From sequence record MK295204: a stretch of 64,000 bases of DNA; one strand, given 5' to 3'. Under the pieces are notes generated by a model, which worked only from the letters and a program-made list of their open reading frames with translations, did not search any database and had not been told where the DNA came from. Below are positions 16,817-26,521 of this stretch, piece after piece (within the stretch, counting starts at the first letter, position 1; each line of letters starts with the position of its first letter). The translations under genes were made by a program, and so were the position numbers. Source of the stretch: Shigella phage vB_SdyM_006.

Positions 16817-18315
16817 AATTTTACCTCTCTCATAGAATAATCAAATTGTTCACTTGCATACCTTTCTATACGTTCTAAAGCGTGTTTTAATGCATAATTT
16901 AAATGTACATATTTCTTTTTAGAATTTTTAGATTTAGGTTTTACACCCATGTCATCTACAATGTCCCAAAGAACACCTTCAGCTTTAGAACCATGTAATC
17001 TAAGAACACGTCCAATAGATTGTAATACGGTTACTTTTGATTTAATTGGGTGTGCAAATATAACATGGTGTAAATTTTTTATAGATACACCAGCACTGAA
17101 AACACCATAAGAAGCGACTACAACCATCCCTGAGCGTTTTTCTGCTAAGGCCTTTATAATATCTCTATCTTTGTCTTTAACTTCTCCTGCGATAAAGAAG
17201 ACGTTTTCTTCGCCATATATAGCCTTACATGCCTCGTATAGATCTTTACCATGGGCTATTCTATCAAACATAACAAACACATTTTCATTTTTAGATGCTA
17301 ATTTACATGCAAGTTTAGCTATCCATTCATTACGCTGTTTAGCTTTAATAATGATTTTAATTTCATCTTGATACGAAAATCCTTTAACTTTTTCTGTAAA
17401 CGCATCCGGGTATCTTAAAAACAAAGTATTAATTTTAAGTTTAGACACTTGTCCTGCTTCCATTAGTTCAGCCGTGGACACTGGTTTGTATATATCTCCA
17501 AATAATCCGATATATTGCATTACATTAGCTTTGCCATCTTTAACGGTTCCTGTTAGCCCGAATTTAAATTTACAGTTGTTTAATCCGTTAATAATAGTAC
17601 TAATACTTTTACCAGTCGCTAAATGACACTCATCATTCATTAACATTCCAAATTGACTAAACCATTCTTTTGGTTGCTTAATAGCTGTCTGCCAGGTTGA
17701 TACGTAAACCAAAGCATCAGAATCTTTAGCTGTACCGCCTTTTATTCCTAATAACATTTCTTTAGAAAATAGTCTATAGTCGACTAAGTCATCAATCATT
17801 TGTTTAACAAGAATAGTTGTTGGAACTAAAATTAAAACTTTACCTTGAAAGTTTTCTATATAATAACGTGCTAAGAGCGCCTGGATCAACGATTTACCAG
17901 CTGATGTAGGTAAATTCAATAAAGCTCTATTTTGTGTTAAGCCTTTAACTACAGAATCTTTTTGATACCAATGAGGCGTTATCTTAGATGACCCAGAATA
18001 TATTTCTTTAGAATCTATCCAATCAGAAACTTCTTTTTCAGTAATATCGCCATTATCATATATTTTAGGATCCGTTTCTACAGTATAGTCCATATTAGAA
18101 GCAAACTTTTTAACATAGTTCACAAGCCCGTATGGTAATAAGCCGTCATACCCTAAAATTCTAATCTTGCCGTCCCATTGACCATATTTAAATTTTGGAT
18201 TAAATTGGTACCCAGGAGTTTCGAAAGAGAAATAATCTCTTAATTCAAAGAACACAGAATCTTCACACTCGATTTTTACACTACTATAATCGTAAAACTT
18301 TAATTTAATATCCAT
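16810..18315 (-). CDS. uvsW: DNA/RNA helicase UvsW
   Basis: Strong co-linearity with T4 UvsW from MDIKLKFYDYS; helicase motifs LNLPTSAGKS and DECH; track ORF has 13-codon extension, start placed at MDIK. Confidence 0.9.
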   Translation of the reverse strand: MDIKLKFYDYSSVKIECEDSVFFELRDYFSFETPGYQFNPKFKYGQWDGKIRILGYDGLLPYGLVNYVKKFASNMDYTVETDPKIYDNGDITEKEVSDWIDSKEIYSGSSKITPHWYQKDSVVKGLTQNRALLNLPTSAGKSLIQALLARYYIENFQGKVLILVPTTILVKQMIDDLVDYRLFSKEMLLGIKGGTAKDSDALVYVSTWQTAIKQPKEWFSQFGMLMNDECHLATGKSISTIINGLNNCKFKFGLTGTVKDGKANVMQYIGLFGDIYKPVSTAELMEAGQVSKLKINTLFLRYPDAFTEKVKGFSYQDEIKIIIKAKQRNEWIAKLACKLASKNENVFVMFDRIAHGKDLYEACKAIYGEENVFFIAGEVKDKDRDIIKALAEKRSGMVVVASYGVFSAGVSIKNLHHVIFAHPIKSKVTVLQSIGRVLRLHGSKAEGVLWDIVDDMGVKPKSKNSKKKYVHLNYALKHALERIERYASEQFDYSMREVKLC

Positions 18316-18329
18316 TACTTTCACCTTGT

Positions 18330-18337
18330 TATAAATA
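18330..18337 (+). promoter_or_regulatory. late promoter TATAAATA for inh-like/hoc
   Basis: Exact TATAAATA 33 nt before ATG at 18371. Confidence 0.5.
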
Positions 18338-18343
18338 CATATA

Positions 18344-18351
18344 TATTTATA
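18344..18351 (-). promoter_or_regulatory. late promoter TATAAATA upstream of uvsW
   Basis: Exact TATAAATA on minus strand about 29 nt before uvsW ATG. Confidence 0.45.
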
Positions 18352-18370
18352 CAAAGCCTAAGAGGACATT

Positions 18371-19084
18371 ATGAAAATTGATCAACAATATATTGATTCT
18401 TTAACTGAAGAATATACTTCAGGCGAAATTGATAGAAAAACAGCTAAACAAAAATTAACAGATTATGCTAAAGAATCTTTTAATTTTGATTTAAACAAAC
18501 AAAAAAGTTTTGAGAATATGATTGTTCAGCTTAAAGAAATGATCGATAATTATGTAGAACCCGAATTAGAAGAACAAGATGGAATTTCTATTAAAGATCT
18601 AATTACCGCAGCTGACCAATTAGATGGTAAAAGTGTTTTTAATGATGCCAATGAAGAAGCATTAGAATTACTTTCAGATGTTTCTTATGATGGAATTAAA
18701 CCAGATTTGGTAATTAAAACACCCCAACCACAAATTACTAAAGAAGAAATTATTGATAAACCAGAAAAATCTTTAATAAGTAAGAATTTAGAAGTTAAAG
18801 AAGAAATTAAATCCCAAGAATATATGCCGGAATCGGCAAAATATGTTCTTCCTGATGGGTTCTCTCCAACTATTACATTAATTGGTAAAACTCCTGGATA
18901 TTATACTCTTCCATGGTGGATTTATCAATGGATTTTAGAAAATGAAGATTGGAAAGATAGGCCAGAAGAATGCCCCGAGTATTCAGCTATTAATATTTTA
19001 AAATCATTGATTTACTTTATTAATAGAGATGGACAGGTCAAAATTAGAGAAACAAGAAATTCAAGATTTTATACCCTAAAATAA
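18371..19084 (+). CDS. acidic protein at the inh position
   Basis: 237 aa (T4 Inh 226 aa); position immediately upstream of hoc; no sequence confirmation. Confidence 0.4.
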   Translation: MKIDQQYIDSLTEEYTSGEIDRKTAKQKLTDYAKESFNFDLNKQKSFENMIVQLKEMIDNYVEPELEEQDGISIKDLITAADQLDGKSVFNDANEEALELLSDVSYDGIKPDLVIKTPQPQITKEEIIDKPEKSLISKNLEVKEEIKSQEYMPESAKYVLPDGFSPTITLIGKTPGYYTLPWWIYQWILENEDWKDRPEECPEYSAINILKSLIYFINRDGQVKIRETRNSRFYTLK

Positions 19085-19093
19085 GGATTATAT

Positions 19094-19918
19094 ATGAGTA
19101 TAGTACTAAAATTAACACCAGAGAACCCTAAAATTACTATAGGAGAATCTCAAGAATTCACCATGACTACAGAGAATCAAACAGATGAGACTCTAAAATA
19201 TGAATGGTATATTAATGAAGACATATATGAAGCCACAAATAAAAATATGACATATACACCTGATAAATCAGGTGAATTTATTATAAAATGTAAAGTATCT
19301 TCTTTAGGATTAGAAGGGGAAACCGTTTTAGGCGAAGAATCCACCACTTTAACTGTAAATCTTAAAACTATAACCGATTTGACGACAAATATTACAGGCC
19401 CAAAAGAAGCAGAATATGGCGAAGAATTTGAACTTGTTGTAAATGCTGAAACTACAGCAGAATCTCCTAAATATACATATAAATGGTCTAGTGGTGAAAC
19501 TACAAAAAAAATAAAGGTAATTGAATCTGAAGAAGGTGAAAAAACTTTTACATGTACAGTAACATGTAAATCAACTAATTATGAACCCGCTACTTCAACA
19601 TCAGAACATAAAGTTTCTATATCAAAACCCGTAGTTCCTGAACCAGATCCGTCTTGTGAATCATGTAGATATATTCATCCTTTAGACCATAGAGAATCAG
19701 CATATTTATGGGTAGGATACTGGGTACTAGAAGAAATAGAAAAAGCCGTGGAAGAAGGAATTGATTGGAAGAAGCCAGATGATACTGATCTAAAATATAA
19801 ATGTGATTTGAAGACCCTCGCATTTATGTTAGAAAAATACCCTAATGTAGATGTACAAGAATCAAGAAATGGATATATCTTATCTAAAGACGATATTGAA
19901 AATGGGGTTATTTACTAA
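19094..19918 (+). CDS. hoc: outer capsid protein Hoc (two Ig-like domains plus capsid-binding C-terminus)
   Basis: C-terminus HPLDHRESAYLW...DVQESRNGYI matches T4 Hoc; two Ig-like repeats rather than three. Confidence 0.85.
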   Translation: MSIVLKLTPENPKITIGESQEFTMTTENQTDETLKYEWYINEDIYEATNKNMTYTPDKSGEFIIKCKVSSLGLEGETVLGEESTTLTVNLKTITDLTTNITGPKEAEYGEEFELVVNAETTAESPKYTYKWSSGETTKKIKVIESEEGEKTFTCTVTCKSTNYEPATSTSEHKVSISKPVVPEPDPSCESCRYIHPLDHRESAYLWVGYWVLEEIEKAVEEGIDWKKPDDTDLKYKCDLKTLAFMLEKYPNVDVQESRNGYILSKDDIENGVIY

Positions 19919-19920
19919 AC

Positions 19921-19947
19921 AAAAAAGGGACCAATTGGTCCCTTTTT
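19921..19947. terminator. bidirectional terminator after hoc
   Basis: AAAAAA, stem GGGACC, loop AATT, stem GGTCCC, TTTTT. Confidence 0.6.
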
Positions 19948-19951
19948 ATTT

Positions 19952-20221
19952 TTATTTTCTAAAGATCTTACCAAATTTGCTAATCACAAAATTCTCACCA
20001 ACTTTAATATCGATACGAATAGAAACATGTCCTATTGTATCAGTATTCAACATATCACTTAAAGACATTGAAGAATGTCTTTCGAAATCTTCAACAATAT
20101 TAAACCCATCATTATCACAATGAGTGTCAATAAATTCTTTAAGCTTTACTGAGCTTCCTTCAGATAAAATAGGGTCATTATAGAAACGACAAGATGATTC
20201 AAATAATTTTAAAGTAACCAT
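19952..20221 (-). CDS. hypothetical protein (89 aa)
   Basis: Track start is TTG at 20281; ATG at 20221 has AAGGAG RBS. Confidence 0.5.
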   Translation of the reverse strand: MVTLKLFESSCRFYNDPILSEGSSVKLKEFIDTHCDNDGFNIVEDFERHSSMSLSDMLNTDTIGHVSIRIDIKVGENFVISKFGKIFRK

Positions 20222-20281
20222 GATATTCTCCTTTGTTGTTGATGTAAGTATAGTAACACTACACAAAGGAGATGTAAACAA

Positions 20282-22345
20282 TTAAATAATAAATTTTTCT
20301 GGGACAAAAGTAAGATCAACAGCTGTTGATAATAATTCTAGCCCTTTTTGACTAATTTTACCAGTATTTTCTTTTAAGAATTCTTTAAACCCAATTTTTT
20401 CGATTTTTCCTTCAGATAAAAACTTATTTCCGTCAATAAGTTCGCTTTCATCTAGTAATTCTGGATCCACTACAGATGTTTCTACTAATATTGGTCTATT
20501 AAATTCTATATCACGAGCGTTTTCATAACCGTGGATAGAATGAATCTTAAGAGCTAAACCTCTAGGTAAAATCACCTCGCATTCACTAGAGTATTTTGAC
20601 ATATTACCAGGAATAATAACATTGACTTTATGTGCACCTTTAATAGTTATACCCATAGAAATGTTAATATCTGTTTTCTTAGTTGCTTTCTTACCATTAA
20701 CGGCTACACCAATATTTTTTGGTGTCATAACTGTTGATATAACATCATCGAATGTTTCGGATTCAAAAGTTACTGTAGTCGCGTTAGGTTTAATATTATC
20801 AAGAACATCATTTCGTTCCCCAAAAATAATTGGAGCTAATGAAGTCGAAATATAATTAGGAAAATATAATGTTTTATTTTTAGCAGCTTTTTCTACGTCG
20901 GCATAAGGTAATTTTTGTGCTCTATATAAAATAGTTCCTTTTTCTAACTTGGTTCCTTTTTTGAAGGCCCCATCTAAGACAGGAATTTTGTTTTCATACA
21001 CAGATTTTAAACTTTTATCTTTACCAAGCAAAAAGTCGTTCATTTCTTCATATCCACGTAAAGCATAATCTGTGATAACTTTTCGCTCTTCTTCTGTTAA
21101 ATCCATTTCTGTTTCGGTTCTAAATAACTCTTCTAAAGGAGTATAGAAAACATTTCTGTTTAAAGCAGAGATACAGCCTCTTAAAGCTCTAGTCTTAGCC
21201 ACATTATCGTCAGGTCCATATGTTTCTAAATCTTCGGCTATTTTTTTGTAAACATCCATAGCATTATTAGAAGTTTTGAGCGCATTGTTAATTATCAATA
21301 TATACGGTTTTGCTAATTTATATTTTTCTTCACTAGATAAATGATAAAAATTTTCAACACCATACCCAGATATGCGTTCTAAAGAATCTAATAAAAATCT
21401 AGCTTCTAGATCTGATTCTTCTTCACTCACGGCCGAATTTATTTTATCTAAAAACACAGATTTAGATTCATCAATTTTATTAAGGACATTTTTATGAACT
21501 AATGCAATTTTTGTAGAATCACTTTGGACAATAGGAGGATTATCTTGTAGTTCAATATATTTTCTTCTTCCTTCTTCAGAATAATTTTCTAAGTCTTCTG
21601 GTTTAGAAACACCATACATTGCTGATAATAATTCACGTCTAGAAACTTTAGTTTTTGAAATGACAGATCGTTCACTTCTTGTGTTTTCTTGTGCTGCAAT
21701 ACTTCCTGCAATGGCTTCTAATTTAGACACTTGCTTGCCAGTTTTGTCATTGATATACACATCACCTACTTTAGAATCGACTTTAGTATATAAGTCAGAA
21801 TCAATACCAGGAATCCCAGCGATGTCTTCTAAAGGTCTGTTTTTACGATATATTAAAACATAAGCATGTTTACCTGTAAATTGATACAAATCTTCTAAGA
21901 CAACAAATTTACCACCAGTACGTTGCATAGCCAGACGTTTGATTATTCTTTGTAATGTCTTTTCTTGGCCTTTCATTTTTTTAGCAGGGAATCTAAATAA
22001 AACTGCGTCCATTTTAAGTTTTTTAACTTGTTCGTATACAGTGTCAAAAATAGTATTCAATGCCCCAATAGGGTCTGAGCCTAAACCATTTCTTAATTCT
22101 GCTGCATTACCATTTTTAGACAAACTCATCAAAAACACTTGAACAAATTTATCACCTTGCTTTACTGCTTTTAATGCATCGCCTTTAGATAAATAAGACA
22201 CCATTCTAACTAAAAGATTGTCATTTCCAGGAACACTGACATTCCATAATTGAGGGACCTTAGCCCTTTTATTAAGATTAATAGCTTTATATTGAGCTAT
22301 TTCTGAATCAAAAACCTCATTTAAATTAATTTCATTTAATTCCAT
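20282..22345 (-). CDS. alt: ADP-ribosyltransferase Alt
   Basis: 687 aa (T4 Alt 682 aa); R-S-E type motifs YRAQ, YISTS, ECEVILPRG; late promoter upstream. Confidence 0.85.
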   Translation of the reverse strand: MELNEINLNEVFDSEIAQYKAINLNKRAKVPQLWNVSVPGNDNLLVRMVSYLSKGDALKAVKQGDKFVQVFLMSLSKNGNAAELRNGLGSDPIGALNTIFDTVYEQVKKLKMDAVLFRFPAKKMKGQEKTLQRIIKRLAMQRTGGKFVVLEDLYQFTGKHAYVLIYRKNRPLEDIAGIPGIDSDLYTKVDSKVGDVYINDKTGKQVSKLEAIAGSIAAQENTRSERSVISKTKVSRRELLSAMYGVSKPEDLENYSEEGRRKYIELQDNPPIVQSDSTKIALVHKNVLNKIDESKSVFLDKINSAVSEEESDLEARFLLDSLERISGYGVENFYHLSSEEKYKLAKPYILIINNALKTSNNAMDVYKKIAEDLETYGPDDNVAKTRALRGCISALNRNVFYTPLEELFRTETEMDLTEEERKVITDYALRGYEEMNDFLLGKDKSLKSVYENKIPVLDGAFKKGTKLEKGTILYRAQKLPYADVEKAAKNKTLYFPNYISTSLAPIIFGERNDVLDNIKPNATTVTFESETFDDVISTVMTPKNIGVAVNGKKATKKTDINISMGITIKGAHKVNVIIPGNMSKYSSECEVILPRGLALKIHSIHGYENARDIEFNRPILVETSVVDPELLDESELIDGNKFLSEGKIEKIGFKEFLKENTGKISQKGLELLSTAVDLTFVPEKFII

Positions 22346-22375
22346 TTTATCACCTTTATAATAAGAATATATTAC

Positions 22376-22383
22376 TATTTATA
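22376..22383 (-). promoter_or_regulatory. late promoter TATAAATA for alt
   Basis: Exact TATAAATA on minus strand about 30 nt before alt ATG. Confidence 0.55.
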
Positions 22384-22387
22384 CCAA

Positions 22388-22410
22388 AAAGGAGACCGAA
22401 GTCTCCTTGT
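22388..22410 (-). terminator. intrinsic terminator (UUCG tetraloop family)
   Basis: Minus strand AAGGAGAC-TTCG-GTCTCCTT then T-run; same hairpin at 27314..27336, near-copy at 26969..26992. Confidence 0.6.
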
Positions 22411-22425
22411 TTTTATATTATTTAT

Positions 22426-22635
22426 TTATTCACCAATTTCTTCTAAGAAATTCTCATAATCAGTTGGGAATCTTTTCCAAAACTTTTTAATTTTTTGTTC
22501 TTTATTCTTGCATTCTGCCAATGAAATCATTAAACCGTTATCAGAATCAGATTCAACTCGTGTTAATGTTAAACCTAATTCAGAAAGTGCTGTTAAGTGA
22601 TTTTGTGCCAATACATATAAATATAAATCAAACAT
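22426..22635 (-). CDS. hypothetical protein (69 aa)
   Basis: Track ORF starts at TTG; ATG at 22635 preceded by GGAGTATATT leader of cassette copy 2. Confidence 0.5.
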   Translation of the reverse strand: MFDLYLYVLAQNHLTALSELGLTLTRVESDSDNGLMISLAECKNKEQKIKKFWKRFPTDYENFLEEIGE

Positions 22636-22675
22636 AATATACTCCGTTGTTTCCGTGTGTTGTTTCAATATGTAT

Positions 22676-22704
22676 ATAATAACATGTCTACAGCAAAAGT
22701 AAAC
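22676..22704 (-). promoter_or_regulatory. T4-type early promoter, cassette copy 2
   Basis: Minus strand GTTTAC, 17 nt, TATTAT; leader near-identical to copies at 8063 and 22989. Confidence 0.6.
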
Positions 22705-22723
22705 ATGTTATTGTGGCTTTTTA

Positions 22724-22960
22724 TTAAATAATTCTAGCTATCAATGCAGAAGTATTAATACTAACAGTAAATTCCATTGGCGTTTCATCTTCTTCAGAAC
22801 TAATTACCATTGAATGGATTTCGGTAACACCAGATACGGATAAAACTCTATCTTCAATAATAGTTATATGTGAAGAATATTCAAAAGGACCATATGGGTC
22901 TCCATCTAATCTAGATGTATCTTTAAGCATTTTTAACAATTCAGCACTTGATAATTTCAT
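22724..22960 (-). CDS. hypothetical protein (78 aa)
   Basis: Track ORF extends through promoter; ATG at 22960 preceded by GGAGTATATA. Confidence 0.5.
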   Translation of the reverse strand: MKLSSAELLKMLKDTSRLDGDPYGPFEYSSHITIIEDRVLSVSGVTEIHSMVISSEEDETPMEFTVSINTSALIARII

Positions 22961-22988
22961 TATATACTCCATTTTCGTATGTTGTTTC

Positions 22989-23017
22989 AATATGTATATA
23001 ATAACATGTCTACAGCA
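22989..23017 (-). promoter_or_regulatory. T4-type early promoter, cassette copy 3
   Basis: Minus strand GTTTAC, 17 nt, TATTAT, directly after terminator hairpin. Confidence 0.6.
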
Positions 23018-23022
23018 AAAGT

Positions 23023-23038
23023 AAACAAAAAAGAGCCT
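23023..23038 (-). terminator. intrinsic terminator fused to early promoter
   Basis: Minus strand stem AGAGCC, loop GAAA, stem GGCTCT, TTTTTT, then GTTTAC. Confidence 0.55.
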
Positions 23039-23045
23039 TTCGGCT

Positions 23046-23249
23046 CTAAATAATTTTTGATAAATCATCTTGTATTGCTAAGATTTTATGAAAATCTGAT
23101 TCTCTTATAGGACAAGACTTATCTAACTTAAATGATATTAAAGAATTCATAAAGATAGATTCTATTTGTTCTTCTAAATCATCTATTAAAATATTCTTCT
23201 GGTGATTGTCCAAAGATTTCATAAAAGTCATTTGCCTCTTGTTTATCAA
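23046..23249 (-). CDS. hypothetical small protein, start uncertain
   Basis: ORF overlaps ligase 3' end by 71 nt as drawn; true start may be an internal ATG. Confidence 0.3.
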   Translation of the reverse strand: MINKRQMTFMKSLDNHQKNILIDDLEEQIESIFMNSLISFKLDKSCPIRESDFHKILAIQDDLSKII

Positions 23250-24651
23250 GACGTCTCATTTTAACACGTGGTAAAAATAAACTATATGTTTCTCGTCCAT
23301 CAACTTTTTGAGCTGCATTACATACACCCGAGATAATCATACCGACAAGTTTACCTTTCTTATGAAGATCCCATAATAAACGACGGTCTAATTCATGACG
23401 TTTATCGAGTGGAATCCAGATTTTTTCTTTTGAACCTTTTACCTTTTCGTAATCTTTATCCTTAAAACCAGAACCACAGTCAACTAAAATAGTCCCATCT
23501 CTAGACCTTAAATTGACACCACCTAATTTTTCAGGGTCTTTAGAATGTGGATACGCACCAATAATTTCTAAATCAAAATCTTTTTCTTCTTTAAATTTTA
23601 CTTGGTCACAAGTACGTCCATCAGACCAAACACCAAGTTTATTTTTTAGAATAATACCTTCTAACTTCATATCAACATATTTTCTGTAAATAACTTGGGC
23701 TTCTTCTAAAGTCTTAACTTCTTCTGATGGAATTAATTCTAAACGTCCTGCTTTTTTAGTAATTAATTCTAAATTTTTTAACCTTTCTTTGTAAGGTTTA
23801 TTAATTTCTGAATTATCAGTCTGTGTACCTTGTGTAACTTCATAGTTAATTAGATCCCAGACCTGGAATTTAACACAATCTGCTTCGGTTTTTGAAATGG
23901 TTCCTTGGATTGATTTATTTGCAATACCGTTACCTTCTTCTCTAGAAGCAACAATATTTTCTTCTTCGTCTTCATCAAAGAATAAATCTAGACCTTGTTT
24001 TGTTGATTTAGGAAAATAAACTAGTTCACCATCAAGAACAACGTTTCCTAATCCTTCAGTGATAGATACAATTTCTTCTTTTAGCAAATCTAGACCAAGA
24101 TATTCGCTACCAGAACGAGAATATAAATTAACTTCCCCGTCTACAACTTCGGCAAAACATCTAGCACCATCTGCTTTAAGCTGAGCTAATGCTGGGAATT
24201 TAATTTTAGATACATTAGCTTTACTAAAAGGCGCTGCTAAAAACTGCGGCTGCTTTGGTAATAAATTTTCCCATACTTTGTTTGGAATACTTCTTCCTAC
24301 ACCACATTCCAAGTCACGTTTGACAATGCGTTTAATTAATGCTGCATCTTTAGGGCATAAACTTTCTAATACATCTTTTAAAGCAGCAATTGCAGCATGT
24401 CCTGTTAAAACCCGTTCACCTAAAACATTTTCTAAAAAATCTAAAGCGTCACGAAGTGTTTTAGATTCGGTTTTAGGTTCATATTCTGGAATCTTTTTAA
24501 TATGGAATTTGACTCTTTGAGAATATGTTAATCTAAACACATCTTTTACTAATAAATTGTTTTTATATTTTAAAAGAATATTTTCTTTTTCTTTTAATGA
24601 ATCCGTAGAAGCTAGTTCTACAATAATATCGTATACCATACCTTTTTCCAT
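23179..24651 (-). CDS. 30: ATP-dependent DNA ligase gp30
   Basis: Active-site KADGAR (KxDG) and long co-linearity with T4 DNA ligase; start may be second ATG (24639). Confidence 0.9.
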   Translation of the reverse strand: MEKGMVYDIIVELASTDSLKEKENILLKYKNNLLVKDVFRLTYSQRVKFHIKKIPEYEPKTESKTLRDALDFLENVLGERVLTGHAAIAALKDVLESLCPKDAALIKRIVKRDLECGVGRSIPNKVWENLLPKQPQFLAAPFSKANVSKIKFPALAQLKADGARCFAEVVDGEVNLYSRSGSEYLGLDLLKEEIVSITEGLGNVVLDGELVYFPKSTKQGLDLFFDEDEEENIVASREEGNGIANKSIQGTISKTEADCVKFQVWDLINYEVTQGTQTDNSEINKPYKERLKNLELITKKAGRLELIPSEEVKTLEEAQVIYRKYVDMKLEGIILKNKLGVWSDGRTCDQVKFKEEKDFDLEIIGAYPHSKDPEKLGGVNLRSRDGTILVDCGSGFKDKDYEKVKGSKEKIWIPLDKRHELDRRLLWDLHKKGKLVGMIISGVCNAAQKVDGRETYSLFLPRVKMRRLDKQEANDFYEIFGQSPEEYFNR

Positions 24652-24660
24652 TTATAGTCC

Positions 24661-25296
24661 TTATTTTATACTATTTAATGATTCTTCTAAGTCTGGTAAA
24701 ATGGATTCAAAATCATACCAGTCTTTAACATTGATAATAGGACAATCTGGCAAATCACGTTGTCCACGTGGCATATGAATCAAAGGTAGTCTCGAAATAA
24801 CTTTATGACAATCTTCAAGATTATGAGCCAAATCATCAACAAAACATAAAAGATTTTTAGTGTGTTTAACTTTAACATCTAAATAATGAGGAGTTTTAGA
24901 TTCACCATAATTCACAAGTAAAATATCACTAAATGCATTAGGAAATAAAGAATTCAAATTATATAACCGATTAAACAATGCCTGGTTAGTAGTTCCTAAA
25001 GCTGTGATAGCAACAAATTCATACTTATGTTTAAGCCTATTAATGACTTCAATGGCATCAGTATATCCAGTTAGATACTTAATATATTTTGAGTTATTGT
25101 ATTCCGTCATTAATTTTAAGCCAAGTTCTTCATTACAACGGAACATTTCGCCTGGCGACATAAAAACATTTTCTGTGATAACTCTTAAAATATTTGATGT
25201 ATCAATACCATAATCTTGTGCAAAATAAGGAAGTCCAGATGCCCACTGGACTAAAATGCCATCAACGTCAGTTAAAATAACAGGTTTTACTTGCAT
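24661..25296 (-). CDS. HAD-like phosphatase-fold protein
   Basis: N-terminal LTDVDGIL resembles HAD motif I. Confidence 0.45.
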   Translation of the reverse strand: MQVKPVILTDVDGILVQWASGLPYFAQDYGIDTSNILRVITENVFMSPGEMFRCNEELGLKLMTEYNNSKYIKYLTGYTDAIEVINRLKHKYEFVAITALGTTNQALFNRLYNLNSLFPNAFSDILLVNYGESKTPHYLDVKVKHTKNLLCFVDDLAHNLEDCHKVISRLPLIHMPRGQRDLPDCPIINVKDWYDFESILPDLEESLNSIK

Positions 25297-25739
25297 TATG
25301 CATCCTCATATTTAATTGCCATAAGAGCCTTTTTAGTGAATTCGTAGATGTCAATATTTTTAACACCTTGGCTTAAAATAGATTCCACTGTTTTATCAAG
25401 AACTGGCTTAATAAAAGGTCCTTGAAGATTCATTGTTCCAGTTCTATCTTTAAATGCGATAACGAATTTACGATCGACCCAATTATTTTTGGGTTCAAGA
25501 TTTTCTATTTTTTCAAAATAACCATGTTCATCAACGTCAATAATAAACGCTACTGTAAAATCGTCTTCGGTTAAAGTTTCGTCACCACATTTAAGTTTTT
25601 TGACATGTCCACTTTCGTCAAGTTCAATAACTTTAAATGGGCTATTTGAGATAGCATTAGCAATACGTTCATTAGAATAATTTTCATCAACAAATCCGTC
25701 AATGTCAATTAATTTATACCAACCATTTAATTCAAACAT
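25296..25739 (-). CDS. hypothetical protein, tandem paralog (147 aa)
   Basis: SNSPFKVIELDESG resembles GKNPFKVLALGPGN of next gene. Confidence 0.5.
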   Translation of the reverse strand: MFELNGWYKLIDIDGFVDENYSNERIANAISNSPFKVIELDESGHVKKLKCGDETLTEDDFTVAFIIDVDEHGYFEKIENLEPKNNWVDRKFVIAFKDRTGTMNLQGPFIKPVLDKTVESILSQGVKNIDIYEFTKKALMAIKYEDA

Positions 25740-25746
25740 AGTATTC

Positions 25747-26199
25747 TCACTTAAAAGTAATAGATTGGGTGATTTCAGCAGTTTTATCTAAAGTATACAT
25801 TTCAACTTTACCAGTAGGATTTTTTGTTAAAAATGCTTCGATACTTTTATGTGCTGATTCTTCATCTAGAGGAACTGAAGAAGTTTCTACACCGTTTAAA
25901 ATTTGGACTAAAACTACACGGGCTGACGGGACTACAACTTCATTAAAATACTCCACTTCATATTTAGAAATCACCACTGTTAATTGAGAGTCAAAATCAG
26001 AAGGTGTGTATTCTTTTCCGTTAATTGAAATTAAAACAACATCACGATTGCCAGGCCCAAGAGCTAAAACTTTAAAAGGATTTTTCCCAATAAGGTTATA
26101 AATTTTTTCATTATATGCCGAGTACTCTTTAAACTCGTGTTCATTGATAAGTTGATAAGATTTACCGATTTCAAATTCAAAAGCTGTTTTAGTTTTCAT
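25747..26199 (-). CDS. hypothetical protein, tandem paralog (150 aa)
   Basis: See previous feature. Confidence 0.5.
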   Translation of the reverse strand: MKTKTAFEFEIGKSYQLINEHEFKEYSAYNEKIYNLIGKNPFKVLALGPGNRDVVLISINGKEYTPSDFDSQLTVVISKYEVEYFNEVVVPSARVVLVQILNGVETSSVPLDEESAHKSIEAFLTKNPTGKVEMYTLDKTAEITQSITFK

Positions 26200-26200
26200 A

Positions 26201-26521
26201 TTAGGACCTTATTTTTAAGATTGTTTTCATTGCAGCAACTAATGGTTTTTTATCCTCAACCCAGTCATCACAACATAAATTTTCATTATCGAAATTATTG
26301 TATCTAGAACCTAGACAATGTAAACCGATAAATGTATCATTTGATGTTTTTGTTACACTGATATCATGGTCTAACATTAAGACCCAAGCTTGATTAATAT
26401 TATTACATGGATCAAATTTTAAGCCATTAATATAAACAAATAACTTAAACCCTTGGTTTTCTACTGTGTATTCATACCCAAGACTTTTAGCTAGTTCAAT
26501 ATTAATATCAAGTTCAGTCAT
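26201..26521 (-). CDS. hypothetical protein (106 aa)
   Basis: ORF. Confidence 0.5.
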   Translation of the reverse strand: MTELDINIELAKSLGYEYTVENQGFKLFVYINGLKFDPCNNINQAWVLMLDHDISVTKTSNDTFIGLHCLGSRYNNFDNENLCCDDWVEDKKPLVAAMKTILKIRS

